In this document: in pieces, positions 43,304 to 53,600 of the stretch | Position numbering within the stretch: the first letter of the stretch is position 1 | Layout: every line of letters begins with the position of its first letter | From: a virus | IMG/VR virus record: IMGVR_UViG_3300020595_000002 | Location: 1-63,228 of that record | Direction: 5' to 3' (one strand) | DNA: 63,228 bases | The notes under the pieces: model-generated | Databases searched by the model: none | What the model was told of the DNA's origin: nothing | What the model saw: the letters and a program-made list of their open reading frames with translations, nothing else | Translations under genes and position numbers: made by a program

Positions 43304-43660
43304 ATGGTGAATATGACCGCTTCCAGAGGACTACTTATATCAATAAGAGCAATCGAGAAAGAGCTGAAGCTACTCCGCGCAAAAGCTGAAAGATACAAAA
43401 AAGAAGCTGATGAAGCCTGTAATATTGGTAGTGAGTTTATAGCAATACATGAAGAGCTTGGAAAGATCATAAACTCTAAAGAAACCGGAACCCATGTTCT
43501 TCAAAAGCTCGACGCTTTAAAGGTCAGAGAAAAAAGAGCAAAGAAGATCATGGCAAAAGATATTTCTCCTTTAATAGAAAAACAGGCAACGGCTGAAGTT
43601 GAAGCGCAATCGCTGGCCTCAGAGCTATACTATATGAAGATGAGGGCTGGTGTTAGTTGA
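43304..43660 (+). CDS. Hypothetical coiled-coil protein
   Basis: 118-aa ORF. Start at ATG 43304 or 43313. Confidence 0.55.
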   Translation: MVNMTASRGLLISIRAIEKELKLLRAKAERYKKEADEACNIGSEFIAIHEELGKIINSKETGTHVLQKLDALKVREKRAKKIMAKDISPLIEKQATAEVEAQSLASELYYMKMRAGVS

Positions 43661-43683
43661 CCGTCATTCTGGAGGCTGCGAAT

Positions 43684-44061
43684 ATGTCAAAGAACATAAA
43701 ATCTCTAATCTTCGAAAGCGAAGAAAAACGATCTTTCTGGGAGCAAATAGCCAACGACCCTAAAGCATTGAAGGACAGGGAAAAAACCAGAGAAGAGGCT
43801 TTGATGCTGGCAAACTATTTTGAAGGTAAGGCAGACGGTTTTTGTGAGCTGCTAAATCTCTATGGTGGTCCCTGGAGGTGCTTTGAAAAAGAAAGCAGCC
43901 TCTCAAGCAAAAGAAAAGGATTTAAGAAAGAGTGCCAGCAGGAAATCTTTGATACCCTTGTCCCCATCATAAAAAAGTACAAACATAAATGCAGCCGTGA
44001 CGAGTTTTGGGGTTTTATAGAAACGAGTATTACTGAGATACGTTTGCATCTTGATGATTAG
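43684..44061 (+). CDS. Hypothetical protein
   Basis: SD GGAGG before ATG 43684. Confidence 0.55.
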   Translation: MSKNIKSLIFESEEKRSFWEQIANDPKALKDREKTREEALMLANYFEGKADGFCELLNLYGGPWRCFEKESSLSSKRKGFKKECQQEIFDTLVPIIKKYKHKCSRDEFWGFIETSITEIRLHLDD

Positions 44062-44097
44062 CTCTTCCACCATAAAACAACTACCAGTGAGGCGGCA

Positions 44098-44433
44098 ATG
44101 AAAGCATATGTAAGCAGAGAAACACTTGTTGAGATAATAAAGAAAAACACGATTCTCAGTAAGGCTGAGTTTGTTCCAGATGCTTATCAATGGTGGAATC
44201 TTGACGATGGTTCTTTTCTAACATGGGACTTTATATTACTAGATCGTGTCTTGGTTGATGTTGAGGAGTCAGAAATTGTAATTGGATTCAAGACGGCCTT
44301 GTTAATGGGAAAAATGGAGGAATACAATAAAGACCTTCAAATAGCGGAGGAAGGAGTTGACGTAGAAGTCATTGCAGAGTGCCAAGGAAAGGTTGGTGCA
44401 GCAGAAGAACTCCTGTCTCTGCTTGGGATATAA
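44098..44433 (+). CDS. Hypothetical protein
   Basis: SD GAGG. 111 aa. Confidence 0.55.
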   Translation: MKAYVSRETLVEIIKKNTILSKAEFVPDAYQWWNLDDGSFLTWDFILLDRVLVDVEESEIVIGFKTALLMGKMEEYNKDLQIAEEGVDVEVIAECQGKVGAAEELLSLLGI

Positions 44434-44533
44434 CGCATAAAACAACTACCAAAATACAACAATCTATGCTAAAGTTGTTGTGCATATTATGTAATCAGCT
44501 ACCAGAGTGACCCCGACAGGGAGCGCAACCTTG

Positions 44534-44585
44534 GCCTGATATTGAAATGAAGTCCATGCTTCTTTTGATATCAGGCTTTTTTATT
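44534..44585 (+). terminator. Strong intrinsic terminator immediately upstream of the giant gene
   Basis: 9-bp stem GCCTGATAT/ATATCAGGC followed by TTTTTTATT. Confidence 0.8.
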
Positions 44586-44609
44586 GCTAAATCATAACAA
44601 GGACATGCA

Positions 44610-47600
44610 ATGGATTATAGCCACGTAGACCTTGATTCTGTCTTTGATGGAATAGATACCGAAAACAATACATCATCTCCCAAGCCTCAGAAGAAACCTG
44701 TACAACAAAAAGTAGACTATAGCGGTGTAAATCTTGATTCTGTCTTTGACGATGTTCTGGGACCGCAGAAAGAAACTTCCTCTCCTGCTTCTCCTTCTGT
44801 CCAGCGACAAGAGCAGCCTGTCTCTCGAAATGTTGATTACAGCAATGTAGACCTGGACTCGGTTTTTGATGATGTGCTTAGTGGTGGATCAAGTACCGAA
44901 AGGGTTTCTCATGACCGTAATCTTCTAAGCGATATCGGCAGTCATGCACTTCGAGGCGGAGCTAAAGCAGTTGAGCAGATTGGCCGGGGGATGCAGGTTG
45001 TTGATGGCGATTACAGCGACGACGAAGGTTTTCTTGATACAACCGGCAAGAAACTTCAGGAGTTTGGCGAGAACGCACCAAAGAAATTTGATTATCTCAA
45101 GCCCGATGCAGCCGAAGGGACCGACAAAGAATCATGGTTCAAGCAAAAGGCCATGGAAGGTGTTGAATCGCTCGGACCTTCAGCCGTTCCCTTTGTTGCC
45201 GCAGCAGGGACAGGAGCCGCAGTTGCAGCAGCCGGAGCTAGCGCACCTATCACCGCACTTGTTGCAGGAGGAAGTGGTCTTGCCGCTCTTCTTGGAACCT
45301 TTGGCGCAGGTACATACCACGAAAAGAGACAGGAATATGATGGTGTCCCAGGTCTTACCGAAGATCAAAAGCACGTTGCCGCTTTAAAACAGGCTGGTAT
45401 TGAATCTGGCGGTGAGCTCGTCAGTGATATTATCCTCATGGGAATTGGCAAACTTGTCCCGGGTGCAGGAAAAGCGGTTTCTGATGTGGCAAAGAATGGA
45501 ATCAAAACCCTTCTTTCCATGTCTCCAAAGCAGTTGGCAAAGCAAGCAGGAAAGGTTTATCTCGCAGAATGGGGAACAGAAACAGGGCAAGCCTATCTTC
45601 AGTCCGGTATCGATGCCGACCTTGGAGTAGGTGAGCGAATGACTATGCTCGAAGCGGCAATTGAAACAGCAATACCCACGGCTGTAATGACCCTTGCCCT
45701 TGGATCAGCGACAGGCGCCTATAACGTTCGTCAAAAGCAAAAACTTTTTAATCAGCTCAACAGCGAAAATGAAGAGATGCGGATTGCCGCAGCGAATAAC
45801 GTATATGGCACCTTAAAGAAGCAGGACAATGAAGTAGCTGAAGCATGGCGTTCTTTCTCTTCAGAAGCTATCTCCAATGGAAGCCCAATAGATGTAAAAG
45901 CTGATTTTCTTAGCAATCCAACCGGAGAGCAAAAGCCGGACGGAACTGTTTCTAAAGCCGTTGACTCTTCTCTTAAATCTCAACCTGGCACAATCTCCAA
46001 AGCCATACCAAACCAAGACCTCTCAGCAGTTGACCGGATGGAGAACGATCTTGCAAGCCAACCCGACAACGACCTCATTTCTTCAATGATAGATGGTGAA
46101 GTTGACATCCAGGACCAGGCAGACGCGAGGAGCAGAAAGAATAAGTTTGCCGACCTCATGAAGAATTATGAGCAGTTTCAGGCAAACAAGACCGACAAGA
46201 AAACCGCCAAGGAATCAGCAGAAGTTTTTCAAGCCAATCCAGAACAGAGAAATCAGGAATACGAGCAGAAAGAAAAAGACCTTAACGAAACCTTCAGAGC
46301 ATACTTTGCCGAACAGGAAAGACAGGCTGAAGAGAATAAGGCCAAACTCCAAGGCGGTAATATTACCGAGCAAGAAGCCAAAGACTTTGAGGACCGCGTA
46401 AATAAAGAACGTCAGCAATGGGCTAAAAAGAATCGCTCAAAGGCCGCTCAGCGAAAGATTGAAAAGGCCAGTACCGAAGTTGAGCAGGAAGAAGATAGCG
46501 CAGAAGAAAGCCTTTCTTCCGTTCCTTTTGAGGTAATGGCGCAGGCGAAGAAAGAAGCTGAAAATACAGTTCGTGAAGATCCGCGTTATCAAGAGATGGC
46601 AGAGGCCAGAAAGCGAAACGGCATAAACATCTATGACGCAAAGAGTTTCTTTTCTCATACCACAATTGCCGCGCTCAATAAAAAATATCCAGGGCTTTTT
46701 CAAGGTGGACAACTGGCCGTTCAAGGTGATGCTCTTCGAGTAGATGAATATGCTCAGGAGAAAGGTTACACATCCGCTGACGAGATGATAAACAACTGGC
46801 TTTCTGCACCATCGATAAAAGCTGAAACGGCGAGGATTGCCAAAGAGAACGTTGCTGAATGGGAACGGTATGAAAACCTTCAGAAAGAAGATGAAAAAGC
46901 GGCCTCAGCTACAACAACCCAGGAGAAAGGGAACACTGTTGCGCCAGGGCCGCAGCAAACCACTTTACCAGAAGTTGAGAAGATTACCAATAAACAATCG
47001 ATTGCTCATGGCCAGGAAGTAGCTACAAACCCAACCGATGCACAGAAGGAAGCGGAAAACTACAAAACAGCCAAAGTCAATGTCGATGGCCTAAAGATCT
47101 CCGTCGAGAATCCTGCAGGTTCAACCAGATCAGGAACAGACCCAAGCGGTAAAGAATGGTCTGTGAAGATGAAAAACGACTATGGCAGAATCCTTGGTTC
47201 AAATGGCTACGACAAAGACCATGTAGATATCTTTGTTTCACCTGGCTACAAAGGCGGAACCAAATACGCCTATGTCGTTAATCAGCATAATAAAGACGGT
47301 TCATTTGATGAGCATAAAACTGTTGTTGGCGTAAGCAGTGAGCAGGAAGCACTCGACCTCTATAACTCCAATTATAAAAAAGGCTGGACAGGTGGCAAGT
47401 CCGTTACCCGTCTACCAATGGCGGCTTTCAAGAAATGGGTAGGCGGGACCGGACCGGCAAAGGGAGAATTGCGCCGGAGCCGGACCGTCGATTTTCAGCA
47501 GGAGAGAAGCAATGATATTCCTCAATCGTCTGGAAATACGGTGGCTAAAACCGAGAATAGGACACCTGTTGCTGATGAAAGAAGCAATACAGCAATCGGA

Positions 47601-50600
47601 AAACCAGCAGTTGAAAGAGGGAGCAACCGAGAAGATAGAAAAGGTGCTCAAGAAAAAACGCTCACTCCTGCCAATATTCCAGCGAAGGAAGCCGAAAAAG
47701 AACAGGATGATCAGGCCGCGCTGACTCCACGGCAAAAGCAATTCTTAGGTTTTCTCAAATCTGATGCAGAAAACAATCGGCCTGCAATGATACCAAACGA
47801 GAAGAATAAGCCTGTTTATGAATCTCTCGTTAAAAAAGGGCATGCCGAAAAAGAGGGTAACGGTTATGTACTCAAGAAAGTGGAAGATACTCAATCTCTT
47901 GGAAATCAAGATATTCAGCAAGGAGTACCGGAGAAAGGAAAGGGAAGTAAAGAGGTTGCTGAAACGGCTGAAACAGGGGAAGGAAATACCTCAGTTGAGC
48001 AGGAGAGAGTTGGAGGTGATCGAGGGGAATCTGTAGACAAAGAGAATCTTGCCACACACGCTGGCGGAAGTAAAACTTACCAAAAAGGACGAACACAAGT
48101 TAAGCCTGGCGAACTTGGAAGAGGAATAAAGACTAATAAGGCGGTACGGGAATATGTAGAAAATATAAAAGAATCTGGCAAAGTTAAGCCAGTAGAAATA
48201 ACCAGTGACGGTTTTATTGTTGATGGCGAACATCGCTATTCCGCAATGGTTAAGATGGGTGTTGACGATATACCTGTTTTCGTTGGTGAGCAGCTTGGAG
48301 CTTCAGGGAGGCTTGTGTCCCCATACTCTGGAATAAGTGTTGATGTTGTTGTCCCTAACGAAACAGCATCAAAACCAGTTGCCGCTCAAAAACCCGAAAA
48401 TGTGAGCGACAAACCTAAGTCTCGCAAAGCCGAGCCTCCCCCTCAGCAGGAATTGCCGGAAGGTAAGGAGGGGGTGACTGATTTTCCATCGCTCACCGAA
48501 GAAGGACGGCGCACAGACGGAAAGCCTATAAAGCCAGGAGATGTATTCAAAACATCAACAGGCAGGACAACTACACCTTATCCAAAATATTCCACCAAGA
48601 GAACTACAAAGCCCGACATTCGCAGGATGAACCAATGGCTTATTGACAATTATAAATCAGAAGCAGAGGCACGCGGAGACGATTTTAATCAGACTCTTGC
48701 AAAAGGGATGGATGCCGGTAATTTTTCAATTGCTGATGCTGAGGGAATTAATCTGTATCTTTTTAGGAAGCAACAAACCAAGCCAGCAGTTAAGGAAAAC
48801 GTACCTGCTACCGACACCAATGTCGACACCAAAATAACCAACCTCAAAGAACTAACCGACTTCACAGACAAATTAAAAAACGGAACCGTAACGCCAGAAC
48901 AACTAAAACAGGCATATGCTTCAGCAGTAGAAAGCAAAGAAGCAATCCGAGCAGAGTTGGCCAAGAAGACCAAAAAGCAATTGGCACCTCTTGCCGGCTA
49001 CATGAGTTCGAGTGATAAAAAATCAGCTTATATAAAATCCGCATACAGTAATACCATGCAGGGCTTTGTTCCTTCAATGTCAATGTCATGGTCCCCATTC
49101 TCCGAAACAGTTGAAGAGGCTGTACAGCGCAAGGTCAATGAAGCGACTCAAGAGCAAATAGACCAGTATGCCAAGGAAATTGCTGAGGTCCGAGAACGCA
49201 ATAAAAAGTATTACGAGAGCAAGATAAAAGGCGTTACCAACCCTGAAACCCTTGAAGAGTTTAAAACCTTCATTCAGATCAAGGGTAAGGACAAGCTCTC
49301 TGAAGAACAATTACAGAGTTATGAAAAGCTCATAGCTGATAAGAATATCGAAACCAGAGAGCAGCAGCAGGAAAGAAAGGCAACCGTTCAAGGCGTGTCT
49401 GGTGATGTTGATTATGAACTTGCCGAAACGCATCATGCCAAAAAAGATATTCCTCTTTATGTAGTCAAGCTCACCGGAGAAAAATTACCGAGAGAGAGAT
49501 TTTCTGAACTGAGAACCAAGGCCAAGCAATTAGGAGGATGGTATTCTCGTTTTCGTGGCAGTGGTGCAATACCTGGATTTCAGTTTGAGTCTGAAGAGTC
49601 ACGGCAGAACTTTGTTGATGTTCTTTCTGGGGAGACGGTTAAAGATACTGAAACTGTTGAGAAGAAACAGGAAGTTAAAACTAAGAAAAAAGTCTCAAGG
49701 TTACGAACTGTAGCCGAACGATTACAAAAAGCAGGAGAAGAGAAACTTAATCAAGACCGACTCACCAATACAGCTAAACGAGCAAGAGAGGCAGGTTACG
49801 CTGAAGCCAGCGCGAGAACCGATATCGCCACAGCAAAAACCATGCTCAACCTTGCCGATGCTATTGACTCAGGTGAAGCTAAGTATTTGAACGGAATATC
49901 CGCAAAAACTCATCTTGATATACTCAACTCATTACTTAATCGTGCCAAGAATGATGCTGATAAGGACATCCCTTACCGTGATCAAGACAGACACAGAGAG
50001 CCAGTTGAGTCAGATGTAAAGTTTGTTAGTTACATTTATCCGTCTGCTGACAAGTCGTCTCTATACAGTTGGGCTGGAAGTCTTGAAAAGGTTCGTGGGG
50101 GAAAGCGTGTTGCTTCAAAAATAGAAAGTATTGGTCGCGCATTGAAAGAAGAGAACCGCTACTATTTCCAAAACGACATCGATCTGCTACGTGATGTTAT
50201 TAAAAAAATTCCAGATGAGTTTAAATATTCTACCGTAGCTGACACTTTAAAGAACTACGACCGTCTCCAAAGAATCGGCCTCACCGACGAAGCAACCTTA
50301 AAAACAGCACTCCGCGAATATATCCAATTCAAAGACACCGGACCAAAGGTAGACAAGGTAAAAGAACTTGAGCGCTCACTCGTTGGTGAAAAGAACGGAG
50401 TAGATTTCTTCCCAACACCAAGAGCAAAAGCGCAGGAGATTGTTGACAGAGCAGATATTCAGCCTGGCATGAAAGTTCTTGAACCTTCAGCCGGAACCGG
50501 AAACCTTGCCGAAGTTATGCGAGAGGCCGGCGCAGAGGTTGAGGTCGCTGAAATCTCACCAAGGCACAGAGAATTGCTTGAGGCCAAAGGTTTTGATATT

Positions 50601-53600
50601 GTCGAACATGACTTCATGGATATGGAGTCAGGCCAGTACGACCGCATAGTAATGAATCCACCTTTCTCCAAGAATCAAGATATTGAGCATGTAGAGAAAG
50701 CGTATGAATTGCTCAAACCTGGCGGCAAACTTGTTTCAATCATGGGCGAAGGTGCTTTCTTCAGACAGGGTAAAACTGAAACTGCATTTCGTGAATGGCT
50801 TGACGAGGTTGGTTATTCCGAGAAACTGCCTGAAGGTTTTTTTACCGACAGAAGAGAGTTGCGTACCACTGGTGTTAATGCGAGAGTGGTTGAGATTGAG
50901 AAACCAGAAGATGTAAGCGAGTCATTAGAAAATGACTTCTCCGCAGGACTTGTAAGAAAACAAGAAATCAGCCTCAGCGAACTTTTCCAGAAAACACAAA
51001 CCGCAACCGACAATCCGCAGGTTCAAAAACTCAATGAATTACTGTACAGCTTTGTACCAGAATCAAAACTTAATATACCAGTTGTAATTGATCCATCTAT
51101 TACCGCGGCAAAGTACAATGCTCAGGCAAACATGATCACTTTGCGAGATCCGAGTATTGCCCCATCAGCATTACATGAAACTGTTCATGCGGTAACTGTC
51201 AGGGAATTATTTCACGAAAAGAACCAAGCTACCAGGAACAGACTTGCTCGAGTAATGAACAAGGTTAAGCGAGAGGTTGTTGCTCAAGGATTAATTTCAA
51301 GGAAAAATCTTATTGCCATTGAGAAAGCAGGAACGAGCAAGAATTATAAAAGTCAGTTTCCTGAAGGATATTTCAGCGGAGTAGATCATATCTCATATGC
51401 GTTTCTTAATGAAAAAGAGTTTCTTGCCCAGGCGTTCAGCAGCCCACAGTTTCAAGACCTGCTTAAAACGGTAAAAGTCAGAGAGAAAGGAAAGCTCATT
51501 AGTGCCTGGGAGTCTTTTGTTCGTGCGTTGATGAAGATTCTTGATATCAAAGGCACTCACGAAACAGCCTTTGGAGAGGTTTTGGAGATTGTTGCAGAGT
51601 TAGCCGCTTCTGAGAATATAGCAGAAGAAACAAAAGGCGAGTCAAGAAACGAAGAATTGGCATTACCAGATATCTCAAATATCACCGCACCATTCACCGG
51701 CATAAAATCAAGAGCAGTAGCCCTTGCAGAAAAGTACATGCCAAAAGACCGCAGGGAAAAGATAGCAACCTACCTGTGGGACCAAAACGCAGCCGTGGCC
51801 AGGGTGCAACGTGAAATAGGCGAGAAGCCCGAATCGCAGGACTATAACCTTATAAGCAGACTATCCGGTAAGAAGATTGCCGATGAAGTAAAACGCTTTA
51901 CTGAAGACACCCTTGATCCTCTTTTGCAGGACATGGCAGATAATAACGTTTCTTTTAACGAAGTTCATGACCTTGCTTGGGCGCAACATGCTCCAGAGCG
52001 AAACTTGCAGATGAAGCGGGTTAATGCCAGAAGATACGTTGATGAGATGCTTGCCAACATGACCGATACGCAGAAGCGCAAATACCAAGACAGACTTGGC
52101 GACCTGCAAGATGAAATGGTCATGGACGATAAGGATATCAACTTCAAGAGAGATGGCTATATCGAGCTTATGGACGAGCTCGTTGAAAGCGTTCCTCAAC
52201 TCATAGCTGAACGAGGCGATTCCAAAACGGCACTAAAAGAAACCGCCAAACTTCAGGAAACAGCAGAGCAGTGGACAGATGTTAAAGACCGACTTTCTGG
52301 AATGACCAACCAGCAGGCTGCAAATAAAATTGCAGCCCTCAAGAACAAAGACAATTTCAAGGATATCCAGAGAGCCACCAATAAACTCAGAGAGATAAAC
52401 AGAAACGCTCTTGAGATGGTCTATCAGGCCGGTGAGTATACCGACGAAGAATATGCGGCCATGAAGTCGGTGTATAAATATCACGTTCCTTTAATGCGTG
52501 AAGGAATGGAGGAAGGAAAGTCAGCTACCGGAAGAATGGGCGTAGGTCCACTTGCCAAACCGTATAAGATTGCGTCAGGGTCCACCAAAGGCGTTGTCAA
52601 TATCTTTGGCAATGTTGTTGATCGCTATCAGTCAGCTATTTCAAGAAAGCACAAACTTGAAGCTGGAAAAGTATTATTCAACATGGTCAAGGAAAACCCA
52701 GATGAAAACCGATGGGCTATCACCAAACTTGACCAGGAACCATATCTCGATAAAGAAGGAAATATCCGCTTCTATCCAGACCACAATCTCGCACCAAATG
52801 AAACAAAGGTGAAGGTTGACGGAGTGGTGCATATAATCAGTGTTCCGCGCGAGAACGAATCAATGATGCGCTGGATGGAAGCATTGAAGCGTGAACCTGT
52901 ACAACTCGGACCCGTTCTTAAAGTAAGCCAGAAGATCAACAGACTTCTTGCTCAAATGAATACTTCCTTTTCTCCAGAGTTTTTAATCACCAACTTTGCA
53001 AGGGATATTCAAACGGCAGGCATCCATCTTGAAGATACTGAAGGAAGCGGCCTGCAGAAAGAAGTTTTGAAAGGAATCAAGCCAGCTATCGCAGGTATCT
53101 ATAAATCGGAAACCGGAAAAGACGCAGGAGAATGGGGAGAGATTTATAAAGACTTTGCCAAGAACGGCGGCAAGATTGGCTGGATGCAGGACTATGAAAC
53201 CGTTGAACAGCTTGCCAAACAACTTGAATCAGAGCTTTCCTATAAGGCAGGAGAGAAACCGAAACGAGCGGCCTTTAGAAAACTGGTAAAGCATGTTGAG
53301 TCCTTAAACGTTTCAGTTGAAAACGGAGTCAGGCTTGCCACCTATAAAGCCCTTATCGAAAACGGTACTTCAAAAAGAAAAGCGGCCAGGACCGCAGCAA
53401 ATCTCACCGTTGATTTTACCAGACACGGTACGATAGGCCCGTTCATGAATAGTTTGTATATGTTTGCGAATGCCGGAATAATCGGGAATATCAGGATGTT
53501 ACGTGCTTTGTCAAGTAGCAGAAAAGTACAAAAAATAGCAGCCGGTATCTTTGGCTTTGGTTTCATGGCGAATATCCTTGGCGCATATGCTGGTGGTGAC

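Noticed and set aside
44436-44533. Promoter for the giant gene in the region containing the CATAAAACAACTACCA repeat (also at 44071-44086) and a TATTAT box.
   Set aside because: There is no acceptable -35 at 16-18 nt, and any transcript would immediately meet the strong terminator at 44534-44585. The repeat is noted but its function is left unassigned.
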